From Planctomycetota bacterium (GTDB lineage: Bacteria > Planctomycetota > Planctomycetia > JALXBF01): a stretch of DNA of 64,000 bases. The DNA lies in contig JALXBF010000039.1 in assembly GCA_026991575.1 (NCBI GenBank), forward strand, positions 1 to 64,000, read 5' to 3'. The notes under the pieces were generated by a model. It had not been told where the DNA came from. It worked only from the letters and a program-made list of their open reading frames with translations, and searched no databases. The translations under genes were made by a program, and so were the position numbers. Position 1 is the first letter of the stretch; each line of letters begins with the position of its first letter. Shown piece after piece: positions 28,789 through 40,400 of the stretch.

Positions 28789-29602
28789 CGTCTCCCCCCT
28801 TACTTGTGTCCTGGTTCGCGGCCCGAAGCCGCTGGAGTTCGTTGCGGACCAGGCCGATACGGCGTGCAATCAGCGCCGCGACATAGCCACCGTTGAAGCC
28901 GGAGTCAACGTTGACCACGGCAACGTTCGAAGCACAGCTGGTGAGCATCGCGTGTAGCGGGGTCAGGCCCCAGAGATGGGCGCCGTAGCCGACGGAGGTG
29001 GGAACACCAATGACCGGACAGGCCACCAGACCGCCCACGACACTGGGCAACGCCCCTTCCATGCCGGCAACGACCACGATCGCATCGGCGTCGGCCAGGA
29101 GCTTCGTATGCCGCAGCAAGCGGTGGATCCCCGCCACCCCTACGTCCGCCACCGTACTGACGTGCGTGCCCAATGCCTCGGCCGTCACCCGGGCTTCCTC
29201 AGCCACCGGCAGGTCGCTCGTGCCGGCCGAGACCACCACCACGTGCCCCGCCCGTTCGACCCTTTTGCCGGGAGACCACCATAGCGTGCGTGCCAGCTCG
29301 TTATAGGTCATGTCCGGGAAGTGCTTGAGCACCTGATCGGCCAGCTCGCGCGAGACTCGCGTGCAGAGGCAGTCCTGTCCGGCTTCGCGCAACGTGCCCA
29401 CGATCTGCACCACCCACTCGGGCCGCTTCCCCTGACAGAAGACCACCTCGGGAAAGCCGCACCGGACGGCCCGATGCAGATCGATCGTGGCCGTTTCCAG
29501 CTCGGCAACCACGCCGGTGCGCAGCTGCTTGAGCGCATCGTCCACCGACAGTTGGCCCGCCCGAACGGCCTCCAACAGTTCACGCAGTTCCTCGGGCCGC
29601 AT
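28778..29602 (-). CDS. larB: Nickel-pincer cofactor biosynthesis protein LarB
   Basis: D.HR..RCGFPEV, AGTSDLPVAEEA, DVGVAGIHR, AGMEGALPSV and PTSVGYG motifs. Confidence 0.93.
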   Translation of the reverse strand: MRPEELRELLEAVRAGQLSVDDALKQLRTGVVAELETATIDLHRAVRCGFPEVVFCQGKRPEWVVQIVGTLREAGQDCLCTRVSRELADQVLKHFPDMTYNELARTLWWSPGKRVERAGHVVVVSAGTSDLPVAEEARVTAEALGTHVSTVADVGVAGIHRLLRHTKLLADADAIVVVAGMEGALPSVVGGLVACPVIGVPTSVGYGAHLWGLTPLHAMLTSCASNVAVVNVDSGFNGGYVAALIARRIGLVRNELQRLRAANQDTSKGGDDGR

Positions 29603-29628
29603 CGGATGCTCCGCACCGCCTCGGTGTT

Positions 29629-30972
29629 TCAGCCGGACCAGTGGCGTTCGACGAACGTCGTGTCGTAACGCCCCTCACAGAAGGCGCTATGCTCGAGGAT
29701 CTCGCGGTGGAACGGAATGGTCGTCTTGATCCCTTCGATCGTGAACTCCTCAAGCGCACGCAGCATGCAGCGGATGGCGGCGTCGCGGTCAGGCCGATGC
29801 ACGATCAGCTTGGCCACCAGACTATCGTAATGCGGCGGGATCATGTAGCCCTCACAGGCGTGGGTATCCAGACGGACACCCGGTCCACCGGGGGGAATAA
29901 ACCGAGTGATTCGGCCTGGCGTAGGGCGAAAACCGTTATAAGGATCCTCTGCATTGACACGACACTCGATCGATGCGCCGTGCTGAGGGATCTCCTCTTG
30001 GCGGAACGGTAACCGTTCGCCGGCAGCGATCCGGATCTGCCACTGCACGATATCGATCCCGGTGACCATCTCCGTGATCGGGTGCTCGACCTGGATCCGC
30101 GCGTTCGCCTCGATGAAGTAGAAGTTCTGGTCCTCGTCCATCAAGAACTCGCAGGTGCCGGCGTTCGTGTAGCCGGCTTCGCGGCACAGCCGCACGGCAG
30201 CTTCGCACACGGCCTGCCGCACCTCGGGCCGCAACCCCGGCGCCGGCGTCTCTTCAATCAGCTTCTGATGCCGCCGCTGGACGGAGCATTCCCGTTCCCA
30301 CAAGTGCAGCACGTTGCCGTGGTGGTCGGCCAACACCTGCACCTCAATGTGACGGGGCCGTTCGATGTACTTCTCGATATAGACCGTCGGATCCTTGAAG
30401 GCGGCCTGAGCTTCCGCCCGGGCTTGTTTCAGGCAGTTCTGCAGCGACATGTCATTGCGCGCAATCCGCATGCCTCGCCCCCCTCCCCCTGCAGCCGCCT
30501 TGATCATCACCGGATAACCGATTTCGCGCGCGATGCGCAACGCCTCCTTATCCGTTTCCACCGGCCCGGGACTGCCCGGGATCACCGGCACGTCGGCCCG
30601 GCGTGCCAGCTCGCGTGCTTCGACCTTGTTGCCCAACAACCGCATGCTCTCTTCCGGCGGCCCGATGAACTCAATCTTGCACGAGCGGCACACCTCAGCA
30701 AACGACGGGTTCTCGGCCAGGAACCCGTAGCCGGGATGGATCGCATCGACATCCGCCACCTCAGCAGCAGAAATGATGCGGGCAATATCCAGATAACTTT
30801 CCTTGCTCGGCGCAGGTCCGATGCAGATGACGCGATCGGCTACCCGTAGGTAGGGCGCGTCGCGATCGGCTTCACTGCAGACAGCCACGACCTCGATGCC
30901 GAGCTCCTTGCATGCGCGGAAGACGCGTAACGCGATCTCGCCGCGATTGGCAACCAGTATGCGCTGGAACAT
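29629..30972 (-). CDS. accC: Acetyl-CoA carboxylase biotin carboxylase
   Basis: [34 protein letters not shown] and YDSLVAK motifs. Confidence 0.97.
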   Translation of the reverse strand: MFQRILVANRGEIALRVFRACKELGIEVVAVCSEADRDAPYLRVADRVICIGPAPSKESYLDIARIISAAEVADVDAIHPGYGFLAENPSFAEVCRSCKIEFIGPPEESMRLLGNKVEARELARRADVPVIPGSPGPVETDKEALRIAREIGYPVMIKAAAGGGGRGMRIARNDMSLQNCLKQARAEAQAAFKDPTVYIEKYIERPRHIEVQVLADHHGNVLHLWERECSVQRRHQKLIEETPAPGLRPEVRQAVCEAAVRLCREAGYTNAGTCEFLMDEDQNFYFIEANARIQVEHPITEMVTGIDIVQWQIRIAAGERLPFRQEEIPQHGASIECRVNAEDPYNGFRPTPGRITRFIPPGGPGVRLDTHACEGYMIPPHYDSLVAKLIVHRPDRDAAIRCMLRALEEFTIEGIKTTIPFHREILEHSAFCEGRYDTTFVERHWSG

Positions 30973-30973
30973 C

Positions 30974-31558
30974 CTAGCCTGCGGGATCCACCAGGAACAA
31001 AGGTTGGCCGTACTCCACCGGCTGACCGTTCTCGACCAGGACCTTTACAATCGTGCCGGAGACTTCCGCCGGAATCTCATTGAAGACCTTCATCGCCTCG
31101 ATCAGGCAGACGATCGTATCCGGCTCGACGTGACTGCCCACGTCCACGAAGGGCGGTTTGTCCGGGGCCGGCGCTGCGTAGAAGGTGCCGACCATCGGGC
31201 TCTTGATCTCCACATACTTACCCGCCTCCGTCTCGGTCGCTTCCCCCGTGCCGCCAGCAGATGACCCCTGAGGAGCATCCGCTGCTACGGAGCCGGCCGC
31301 CGCCGCCGCTGGAGGCGGTGCTGCAGCGGGCTGGGCCGGCGACGGCTGCGCAACGTACGGCAACGGGAAGCCATAGGGTGCTACCGGGGCCGGCGCCGAT
31401 GCACCTGCGCCCTTGCCCCGTAACCGGATCCGTCGATCACCGTCCTGCCAGTAGATCTCCTCCAGCTCATAGTCCTTCATTAGCTGAACCAGGCTCCGGA
31501 TCTGCTCGACCGGCACCTGGCCGCTGTCGGTTTGCTTTCTGCCTTTTGAACCAGCCAT
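30974..31558 (-). CDS. accB: Biotin carboxyl carrier protein
   Basis: [17 protein letters not shown], and an Ala/Pro linker. Confidence 0.96.
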   Translation of the reverse strand: MAGSKGRKQTDSGQVPVEQIRSLVQLMKDYELEEIYWQDGDRRIRLRGKGAGASAPAPVAPYGFPLPYVAQPSPAQPAAAPPPAAAAAGSVAADAPQGSSAGGTGEATETEAGKYVEIKSPMVGTFYAAPAPDKPPFVDVGSHVEPDTIVCLIEAMKVFNEIPAEVSGTIVKVLVENGQPVEYGQPLFLVDPAG

Positions 31559-31623
31559 CGACTCGCTCTCCGCACCCGCCTCACCAGCGGATGGCCGGAC
31601 GGCCCAGCCCCGGCAGCCATCAC

Positions 31624-32727
31624 TCAGTCGACGGTGATCACCGCCGGCAGCGTGCTGAGCAGTTCAGCACCGTCTGCAGTGATCAGCACGTCCTCTTCCA
31701 GACGCACACCATACTCGCCCGGCACGTACACCGCGGGCTCGATCGTAACCACCATGCCCGCCAGCAGCCGAACATCTGAGCCGGCGCGCAGGAACGGCCG
31801 CTCATGCACCTCAAGGCCAATGCCGTGGCCCAGACCGTGCCGGAAGATCCCCGCGGCGCCGGCCCGCTCCAGTTCTTCAGTCGCCCACCGGTGCGCTTCA
31901 GCAGCCGTCACCCCGGGACGCAACGCGTCGATTACCCGCTGCTTACTGCGGTTCACCGCCTCAATCGCCCGCTCCAAAGAAGGCAGCATTCTAGTTCGGG
32001 CTATGATACGGGTCAAGTCGCTGACGTACTGGCCATAACATGCCCCCCAGTCGACCAGGACACCCGCCTCCAGCGATAGCCGCTCCGTTGCACTCAAACT
32101 CGCATGCGGCATGGCCGCGCGCGGCCCACTGGCCACAATCGGTCGAAACGACTCGTCCACCGCCCCCCTTCGCCGCATAGCCGCGTTCAACAGCCCGGCA
32201 AATTCAGCCTCCGTTGGCGGCCGCGCCCAGTCGACCTGCGCAACCACTTCCCGCAACGCCTCCTCGGCCACCCGCACCGCCTGCCGGATCGCAGCCACCT
32301 CCTCCGGCTCCTTCACCGCTCGGAACTCCTCCACCACGTCCCGCACAGGACACCAGCTCAGGTGTGGCAGCAGCGGCTGGAGCTGCTCAATCCACGCGAC
32401 CGTCATCGCGTGCGCCTCATACGCCAGCACCTCCAGCTGCCGGTCACGAAGCACAGCAGCCAAGAAACTCAGCGGCTCCTGCTGCCCCGTGTCACGGATC
32501 GCCACCGCAAGCCCAGGACACTCTTCAGCAAGCTGCTGCTCATAACGGCTGTCGCTAACCAACACCGCATCGTCGCGCGTCACCACCAGGTAGCTCGAAT
32601 CGCCCGTGAAACCGGTCAGATACTGGACGTTCGCTTCGGCCACCACCAGCAGGCCGTCCAGTGGTCTCTCGGCCAACCACTGCCACAGCTTCGCACATCG
32701 TCGCCGCCATAGCGGTTCGTCGCTCAT
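31624..32727 (-). CDS. pepQ: M24 Xaa-Pro dipeptidase/aminopeptidase
   Basis: [10 protein letters not shown]...[22 protein letters not shown] and GVRLEED motifs. Confidence 0.92.
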   Translation of the reverse strand: MSDEPLWRRRCAKLWQWLAERPLDGLLVVAEANVQYLTGFTGDSSYLVVTRDDAVLVSDSRYEQQLAEECPGLAVAIRDTGQQEPLSFLAAVLRDRQLEVLAYEAHAMTVAWIEQLQPLLPHLSWCPVRDVVEEFRAVKEPEEVAAIRQAVRVAEEALREVVAQVDWARPPTEAEFAGLLNAAMRRRGAVDESFRPIVASGPRAAMPHASLSATERLSLEAGVLVDWGACYGQYVSDLTRIIARTRMLPSLERAIEAVNRSKQRVIDALRPGVTAAEAHRWATEELERAGAAGIFRHGLGHGIGLEVHERPFLRAGSDVRLLAGMVVTIEPAVYVPGEYGVRLEEDVLITADGAELLSTLPAVITVD

Positions 32728-32728
32728 A

Positions 32729-33808
32729 TCAGCCTCGCACCTTCGCGCGTGTCGCCGCCAGCTCGGCCATCACCTCCCGCAGAACCTGGCCTGCATAGTC
32801 GATCATCTCGCGCGTCACGTCCAGGTGTGTGCAGGCACGCAGCGTCTGTGGTCCACCAACCCCGAGCAGCACGTGCCGCTGCCTGGCCCGCTCGGCCACC
32901 TCCGCGGCCGTGGCCACCGTCGGGTGCACCTCAAACCAGATGATGTTCGTGTGCACGTCCGGCGGATCCAGCACCAGGCCGTCGATCTCATCGATGACTC
33001 GAGCGAGACGTTGTGCGTTCTCGTGGTCCTCGTGCAGCCGTTCGATGTGGTGTTCCAGCGCATACAGAGCGGCGGCAGCAATCACCCCCGCCTGACGCAT
33101 GCCACCACCGAAGACCTTCCGAATCCGCCGCGCCCGTGCAATCAGCTCGCGCGGACCGGCCAACGCCGAGCCGACGGGCGCACCGAGGCCTTTCGAGAAG
33201 CAGACCGACACGGTGTCGAAATGGCGCGCATACTCGCAGGCAGCAACGCCCGTGGCAACCACCGCATTGAACAGCCGAGCGCCATCCAGATGCGTTCGCA
33301 GCCCATGCTCATGCGCCCACGCGCAGATCCGTTCAATATTCGCCAGCGGGAAGATCCGCCCACCGCCCCGATTGTGCGTGTTCTCCAGACAGACCAGCCG
33401 GGTCTGGGCATAGTGCTCGTTCGTCGGCCGAATCATCCCCTCGAAATCGTCCACGTCCAGGACACCGTAACGGCCTGGGATCGGCCGGCACATCACGTGG
33501 CTGAGCACCGCCGGTCCGCCGGCCTCATAGTTGTAGATGTGACAACTAGCCTCCACCAGGATCTCATCACCCGGCTGTGTATGCACCCGTACGGCAATCT
33601 GGTTGGACATCGTGCCCGACGGCACATACAGGGCTGCTTCCTTGCCCAGTAACTCCGCCACCCGCTCCTGGAGCCGGTGCACCGTGGGGTCCTCATCGTA
33701 AACGTCATCGCCCACCTCGGCAGCGGCCATCGCACGCCGCATACCCTCAGTCGGTTTCGTCACCGTGTCGCTGCGCAGATCCACGGGTGCACTGAACGGA
33801 TAACTCAT
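32729..33808 (-). CDS. ltaE: Low-specificity L-threonine aldolase
   Basis: [25 protein letters not shown] and [10 protein letters not shown] motifs. Confidence 0.95.
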   Translation of the reverse strand: MSYPFSAPVDLRSDTVTKPTEGMRRAMAAAEVGDDVYDEDPTVHRLQERVAELLGKEAALYVPSGTMSNQIAVRVHTQPGDEILVEASCHIYNYEAGGPAVLSHVMCRPIPGRYGVLDVDDFEGMIRPTNEHYAQTRLVCLENTHNRGGGRIFPLANIERICAWAHEHGLRTHLDGARLFNAVVATGVAACEYARHFDTVSVCFSKGLGAPVGSALAGPRELIARARRIRKVFGGGMRQAGVIAAAALYALEHHIERLHEDHENAQRLARVIDEIDGLVLDPPDVHTNIIWFEVHPTVATAAEVAERARQRHVLLGVGGPQTLRACTHLDVTREMIDYAGQVLREVMAELAATRAKVRG

Positions 33809-33876
33809 CGCCGGTTCCCCGAAGGGTCCCACTCTAGAATCGAACAATCGGTTTCACCATCACTGGATAGCACGCC

Positions 33877-35229
33877 GTGCGCATCGCCTTCATTATTGCA
33901 GGTACGGGTAGCACCTACTGCGGCAGCTGCTTGCGGGACCACTGCTACGCCCGCCAGCTCATCGCGCTTGGCGATGACGTGGTCCTGGTGCCTGCCTACC
34001 TGCCACCCCGCTTCGAGCATGACACCCCCCGTCCGGAACCGACCGTGGTGCTGGGTGGGGTGAGCATCTACCTTCTGGCCAGCTTCCCCTGGGCTCGCCA
34101 ACTTCCGGCACTTCTGCTCCGCAGTCTCGACCAGCCATGGCTTCTAACGCTTCTGGGCCGCGGGGGTCACGCTACCGATGCCGCGCGCCTGGGCCCGTTG
34201 GCCGTCGAGATGCTGAAAGGCCCCCACGGCGCAGCGGCACCGGAATTCGAGCGGGCCGCGGACCTCATCTCCCGACGCATCGCTCCGGACGTCGTGATCC
34301 TGCCCAACCTGATGCTCAGCTCACTTGCCCCCATGCTCCGCACGCGCGGCATTCGGACCGTGGTCATCGCAGCCGGCGAAGCAGCGTTTATCAGCCAGCT
34401 CGGTGAGCAGCCGGCGCGTGCAGTCTGGCACTGGATCGCACACTGGCTGCCCGAAACTGATGCGGTCGTAAGCTACAGCCGCTACTACGCCCGCTACCTG
34501 CAACAGCGTCTCGGCCGGCCGGTACCGATCGCGCTGCTGCCGCTGCCAGTGGATTGCCCCCCGGAGCCATCCCAACCGACAGGACGCGGCCACACTGTTC
34601 GCGTCCTCTTCTTCTCCAGGCTGGTCCCGGAGAAAGGCCTGGACCTGCTCGTGGAGGCTCTGGGCCGGTTGAGGCGCGAGCAACCCGGGCTGCCGTTTCG
34701 GCTCGAGATTGCTGGGAGCGGAGCGTCCGCGCGCGACGGTTTCCTACGCACCGTCCGCGCACGAGCCGACGAACTGCTCGGTCGGGAACAGTGGCACTAC
34801 TACGGGGAACTCACCGGCACAGAGAAGTGGCAACGGCTGTATGAAGCCGACCTCTGGGTGCTACCCAGTCGAACGGATGACTCCCAGAACCTGGCCGCCC
34901 TCGAAGCGATGGCCGCAGGCACGGCCATCGTGGTCCCCGCACGAGGATGGTATCCGGAGTTGGTTGAAAACACCCGAGGCGGTGTCCTGTACCGCCCTGA
35001 TGATCAAGCAGCGCTGACCGACGCCATCGCCCGACTAGTGGCAGACCACGCCCTGCGGCACACGCTCGGCCGGCAAGCGATGGTGCAAGTCCGCGCACAG
35101 CACGCTGCGGAGATTGCCACCAGGGCACTGCGCCAGTTGCTGGCACGTGTGGCCGGCAAGAGCCCGGAGCCGGCCGCAGCAGAGCCGGAACAACCGCACG
35201 ACCGGCCGACGGCTCAGGCCGACCCGTAG
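33877..35229 (+). CDS. Glycosyltransferase family 4
   Basis: N-terminal YCGSCLRD, RLVPEKGLD and LEAMAAG motifs. GTG start. Confidence 0.85.
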   Translation: MRIAFIIAGTGSTYCGSCLRDHCYARQLIALGDDVVLVPAYLPPRFEHDTPRPEPTVVLGGVSIYLLASFPWARQLPALLLRSLDQPWLLTLLGRGGHATDAARLGPLAVEMLKGPHGAAAPEFERAADLISRRIAPDVVILPNLMLSSLAPMLRTRGIRTVVIAAGEAAFISQLGEQPARAVWHWIAHWLPETDAVVSYSRYYARYLQQRLGRPVPIALLPLPVDCPPEPSQPTGRGHTVRVLFFSRLVPEKGLDLLVEALGRLRREQPGLPFRLEIAGSGASARDGFLRTVRARADELLGREQWHYYGELTGTEKWQRLYEADLWVLPSRTDDSQNLAALEAMAAGTAIVVPARGWYPELVENTRGGVLYRPDDQAALTDAIARLVADHALRHTLGRQAMVQVRAQHAAEIATRALRQLLARVAGKSPEPAAAEPEQPHDRPTAQADP

Positions 35230-35328
35230 GGGGCCCCCATGCGCAGGCGGCGATCGGGCTACGGCCCATAGCGAAACGGCAACGATCCGAGCCAACAAGC
35301 ACCGCACCCAACGGGAGCCAGACGCGCT

Positions 35329-35784
35329 ATGGCCAAGGAATTCGTAACCCGACGTCGGGTTGCTTTTGCAGAAACCGACATGGCCGGCATCGTACACTTC
35401 GCGAACTACTTCCGGTACATGGAAGACGCCGAGCATGAGCTGTGGCGGAGCACGGGGATCAGCGTGGTGCATCGCCGGGAAGATGGCAGCCTGCTGACCT
35501 GGCCCCGCGTGCACGCATCTTGCAACTACCGCAAGCCGATCCGGTTCGAGGACGAGGTGGAAATCGGCGTCCGAGTCAGCCGCTCTGGCAGCAAAGCGCT
35601 GCGATTCAGGTTCAGCTTTCGGCTGGCCGGCGAAGAAGTGGCCGAAGGCGTGCTCGTTGCGGTATGCTGTCTGTTCCGGGACGGTCATCTGGAAGCTGTT
35701 CCCATCCCGGACGAGGTGCTTAACCGATTGACGCCCTACCTTGAACCGGCCGACGCAACGCCCCCTGACGAGGCAGGTGCATGA
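35329..35784 (+). CDS. Acyl-CoA thioesterase (4HBT/YbgC-like hotdog fold)
   Basis: ETDMAGIVHFANYFRYME motif. Confidence 0.9.
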   Translation: MAKEFVTRRRVAFAETDMAGIVHFANYFRYMEDAEHELWRSTGISVVHRREDGSLLTWPRVHASCNYRKPIRFEDEVEIGVRVSRSGSKALRFRFSFRLAGEEVAEGVLVAVCCLFRDGHLEAVPIPDEVLNRLTPYLEPADATPPDEAGA

Positions 35785-36743
35785 GTTTCTTAAGGGACCT
35801 TCTGGCGCGCATCGCCGCAGAGGCTGGCAGCTTACCCGAAGCCGCCCCGCTTCGCGACGCGATCCGCCAGACGCAGGGCAGCGATGGCGGCTGGCCCGGG
35901 CGTAGCGGCGAGAGCGACCCGTACTGGACAGGGTTTGCACTCCGCTGCGCGCACGTGCTGGGCATCGATGACCAGCGCCTCTGGCGCGCTGCAGCCACCT
36001 ACCTTCAGCGAGTCAGCGACCGGACAGTCGACCTGATCGATGGCGCGTCGGTGCTGCTCAGCCTGGTGCTCGTGCAGCGAAGCCGACCGGATGCGTTGGA
36101 CGGTGTCGCTCTCAGGTCGATCACCGAACGGCTACTAGCCGAACTCGAGCAGGCCCGTACGCCCGAAGGGGGATACCGCAAGAGTCGCCGGTCGGCCAGT
36201 GGCAGCACGTACGCCACGTTCCTGGCACACCTCTGTTACGAAGAACTGCACCGGCCCATGCCGCAACGGGCCCAGGTTGTGCGGTTCCTGCTGGAACGCC
36301 AGCAACCGGATGGCGGCTTCTTTGAGGTTCGGGCGGGCAAGCTGAGCGGTACAAACCCTACGGCCGCTGCTCTTGTGACGTTGCGCGGCGAGCGGGACTT
36401 CGACACGTCGCGACGCAGGCAGGCGGTGCGCTTCCTGCTGGAACTGTACAGTCCGTTGGGTGGCTTCTGCGCAAACCGAAAAGTGCCACTGCCCGACCTG
36501 CTATCCACCTTCACCGCGCTGGCCGCCCTGGACAGCCTCGGCATCACGCTGCCGGAGGCCGCGCTGGAGCAGACCGAAGCATTCGCCCGTTCGCTTCAGC
36601 GGCCTGATGGCGGCTTTTCAGCTGCCCCTTGGGACCTGGAGACGGACCCGGAGTATAGCTTCTACGCCATTGGCACACTGGCGCTGGCCCGTTTGATGCG
36701 TTGCCCGACCCGGACCCGCACCACGTGCCAGCAACACCGGTGA
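35781..36743 (+). CDS. Prenyltransferase/squalene-oxidase repeat protein
   Basis: Repeated Q-x-x-DGG(W/F) motifs (QGSDGGW, QQPDGGF, QRPDGGF) plus D.EYSFY. Confidence 0.82.
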   Translation: MSFLRDLLARIAAEAGSLPEAAPLRDAIRQTQGSDGGWPGRSGESDPYWTGFALRCAHVLGIDDQRLWRAAATYLQRVSDRTVDLIDGASVLLSLVLVQRSRPDALDGVALRSITERLLAELEQARTPEGGYRKSRRSASGSTYATFLAHLCYEELHRPMPQRAQVVRFLLERQQPDGGFFEVRAGKLSGTNPTAAALVTLRGERDFDTSRRRQAVRFLLELYSPLGGFCANRKVPLPDLLSTFTALAALDSLGITLPEAALEQTEAFARSLQRPDGGFSAAPWDLETDPEYSFYAIGTLALARLMRCPTRTRTTCQQHR

Positions 36744-36758
36744 GGAACCCTACCCGCC

Positions 36759-37439
36759 ATGCCGATCGTTGCAGCAAGAGGGTTGGTCAAGGAGTTCGCT
36801 ACGCCGGGTGAAGTGTTGCGGGTGCTCGATGGCGTGGACCTGACCGTGGAACCCGCCGAGGCTATCGCCATCGTAGGCCCCTCAGGCTCCGGCAAGAGCA
36901 CCCTGCTGCACATCCTGGGCACGCTGGACCGTCCGACGGCCGGCTCTCTGTACCTGCTGGACTGCGATCCGTTCAGTCTGTCCGAGCGCGCCCTGGCACG
37001 GTTTCGCAATCGCCACATCGGGTTTGTGTTTCAGGAGCACTATCTGCTGCCGCAGCTGACCGCGCTGGAGAACGTGCTTGTGCCGACGATCGTAGCCGAA
37101 AGCGCCGACCGTCACGGACCACTGCAGCGAGCCCAGAGCCTACTTGCCCGCGTGGGCTTGGCCCAGCGGGTTCACCACTTGCCGGGGGAGCTCTCCGGTG
37201 GCGAGCGGCAGCGGGTCGCCATCGTGCGGGCACTGATCAACCAGCCGGAGCTGGTGCTGGCCGATGAGCCGACGGGCAATCTGGATCCGGCCACGGCCGG
37301 CGAGGTGGCTGACCTGCTACTGGAGCTGTGTCGGGACCAGCAGGTGGCAATGGTCGTGGTGACGCACAACATGGAGCTGGCCGCGCGCATGGACCGCCGG
37401 CTGAGGCTGCATCAGGGCAAGTTGGTGGCCGACAGCTAA
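36759..37439 (+). CDS. LolD/MacB-family ABC ATPase
   Basis: GPSGSGKST, LSGGERQR, LADEPTGNLD and VTH motifs. Confidence 0.93.
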   Translation: MPIVAARGLVKEFATPGEVLRVLDGVDLTVEPAEAIAIVGPSGSGKSTLLHILGTLDRPTAGSLYLLDCDPFSLSERALARFRNRHIGFVFQEHYLLPQLTALENVLVPTIVAESADRHGPLQRAQSLLARVGLAQRVHHLPGELSGGERQRVAIVRALINQPELVLADEPTGNLDPATAGEVADLLLELCRDQQVAMVVVTHNMELAARMDRRLRLHQGKLVADS

Positions 37440-37490
37440 CAGGGCGGGGCGTGCGGCGGCGGGCAAAACCGGCTGCGCTGTGGCGGGAGC

Positions 37491-40400
37491 CTATTCGCGG
37501 CGGAGCGTCTGGACAATCGGCAGGCGAACTGCGACGACCACGGCCAGCAGCGATGAGGCGATCCCCGTAACAAACACGGCCACCAACAGGAGAGCCAGCG
37601 ACCCAAGCGGCAGCGACTCGGCCGTGCGCAACAGCTGAGGCAAGATCGCCACCAGTGCGGCGGCCGTACCCAGTGCCATGCCGCTGACCATGAGCCAGCC
37701 CGATTCGCTGACGACCAGCCACGCCAGCGCCCAGCGGCTGAACCCCACCGCGCGCAGCAGAGCAAGCTCGCCGGCTCGCTCCAGCACCGACCGCCATAGC
37801 ACGGTACCCAGCCCCACTGTCCCCAGCAGCAGCCCGAGCCCCCCGAGCAAGGCGAACGTGTCCAGATACGTGTTCTCCACCGCGTAATACTGGGCCAGTC
37901 GATCCACCGTAAGCATGCCGTCGAAACCGTACTCGGCCAGCTCCTGTTCCAGAAAGCCGAGCATTCGTCGGGCTTGTTCCGGCGCACACTCAACCAGAAA
38001 CATGCGGTAGCCCTCGTGGAACGGAAACAGCCGGAGGAAGTCCTCTTCGGCGATGAGTACCTCGCTCTGGAAGATGCTCCGCCGCAGCGTCGCAACGAGC
38101 CGCAGAGTGGCATGCTGCCCGAGGTCGTCCGTGATCGTGAGCTGATCCCCTGGAGCCAGGTGGAGAATCCACATCGCGGTCTGGTCGTCGGCAAAGCAGG
38201 GTATGCCCTGGTTGGCCTTGCCACGGTCTGAGCCGAGCGCAAGCCAGGGGTTTTCCGCGTCCACCTCGGAAAGCATGGCAGCAAACCGGAAGCCCCCCCG
38301 TCGTCTCAGTGTCGGCGGCACGCCCAGAACAGTGGGCTCGGTCGGCCGGTAGACGTTCAAGCAGCTTGTGTCATCGCCGGGCCGGTACCGCAGCGGGTAG
38401 ATCGTCAGCTGCCGCCACTCGGCGGCGTCGGGTCGCTCGATCACCAGCTCTGCGCGCTGGTCGGGATCGTTCAGGTTGGCGAAGATTGGCACGGTGGTCG
38501 TGCCGATGATGGCGAAACCGCCGTAGCTGGTCTGCTTCTCGGCAGTAAGCTGTTCAGGCTCGTGCCGATTCGCGCCAACGGCGACCAGCATGAACGTGGC
38601 ACAGGCAACGAGGGAAACGATCAGCATCGTGCGGGTCGGACGATACCGCGCGCCCCGCGCCCCCAGCCAGAGCAGACCGCTCAGACCACAGGGAACATGG
38701 CGACGCACCGGATGGCGTGCCAACCGGTCGTGCACCAAGAACAGCCCGGCCAGCAAGAGGCAAACGCCCGCGGTGAAGAAGCCCGCCACGGGCTGTTCAA
38801 GCAGGGTTGCCCAGACGACGGCCGCCAGGCCGATGGCGCTGAAGCCGCCGGCGAGCCACCGGTCGCGCCATCGCGCTGGAGCCTGGCGAACCTGTGCCAG
38901 CTGGACGCGGCCGGCAAGCAGCTCGCGCACGCCGAGCTGTCGGTAACCCCGCAGTGACAGGGCATAGACGGGCACAGCCAGCAGGATCGCAGCCACCGCC
39001 CCGACCAGCGTGGCGAACGGGTCGAAGTAGAAGGACAGCTCATAGAGCCGAAGGGCCGCATGCCAGCGGGTGCGTAGCGCGCCGATCATCGCAGCGGCAT
39101 AACCTGCACCGCCAATTGCGCCCACTGCCGCGCAGAGCACCAGCACAGGCAGCGATTCGAGGAACAGCAGCCGAAACGCATCGCCATAGGTAAACCCCAC
39201 CGCATAGAGCAACCCGATCTGCTGGAGCCGCCGGACCACGAAGAGCCGTAACAGGGTCGCCGTGAGCAGCAAGCCGGCGGCGAGCAGAAATAGGGAAAAA
39301 CCGAGGAACAGGCCGCGGAAGTCGGTCGATCCCTGAGCCGCAGCGAGCGCGGCGCGGCGGACAGGAACAACCGTCAGACCGATCTGCTGTAACGGCAGCC
39401 TCTCGACCAACCGCCGGGCCAGCGCCCGGGCTAGCTCAGTCGGTGGCAGCGACTCGTGGGCGCAGCGGATCGACGTCCACACGCCCCAGCGACTCCGCCA
39501 GAGCCGCTCGGCCGCCACCGGGCTGACGAATGCCTTGGGTGTAGTCGTGTACCGCTCCCAGTACGCTTCATCGACCGGTCGGATCTTACTGAAGTCGACC
39601 GGGAAGGGTGCGTCCCATTGGGTCATCCGTCTGGCATCGGTCAGCCCTGGATAGCGTGGGACCAGGTGAGGATTGGCCGCAACCCCTTCGATGCGCACGA
39701 TACCCTTGAGCCGGAAGCGGGCGGCCTGCTCCACGAGCGTCCCGCTTTGCGTGCTGACAAAGTACGACAGCACGATCGTATCGCCCGGCCGTGCCCCCAG
39801 GTCGCGTGCGGCCCAGGTGTTCAGGTAGATCTCATCCGGCTCAATCCCCGGGGCGGTTTGCCCGTTGGTCAGCGTGAGCCCCCCCAGCGGCGGCGGCAAC
39901 GACACGTCCAGTGCCGCAACAATCGAATACGGGATTTCGCCCGGTTTGCCTTCGATGCGGATCGAGGTCGCCACCTGGATTGCCGTGCGTGCCACGTAAG
40001 CCGAAAGCTCGCGCGCCACGGCCTCAGCCGCCTCCACCACCCGATCGTGCAGCACCATACGGTCGGACTCGATCGAAACATACCCGCGTGCATCCACTCG
40101 CAGCCGCAGCCCGAGATCCTCCGGCCGAAGCCGGTCGCGCCAGCCACCGAGCAGGCGATGCAGGAACGGAGGGTCGTCGCGGTCGGTTGCCAACAGAACG
40201 GTGTTGACCTTCCCCTCAGCACGGGTCCACCGTTGAGCAAGTGCAAGCGGCACGTACAGGTTCAGCGGTGGTCGGGTTCCTGGCCTCAGCGACAGCTCAC
40301 TCAGTGTGTCCCGTGCGTGCAGGATGTGCTCTAATCGGACGGGCTCTCCCGGTTTGAGCACCTGGTCCTTACGTCCCAGCACGAACTCACGCGGGATAGC

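Noticed and set aside
32040..32720. Strong local C-rich skew (also 15400-16100, and G/T-rich 54780-55070)
   Set aside because: It lies inside intact genes and tracks the coding strand. No repeat unit or boundary.
32606..33652. Long antisense or alternate-frame ORFs (also 3672-4667, 48238-49344, 61001-62038)
   Set aside because: Shadows of well-supported genes, expected in high-GC DNA.
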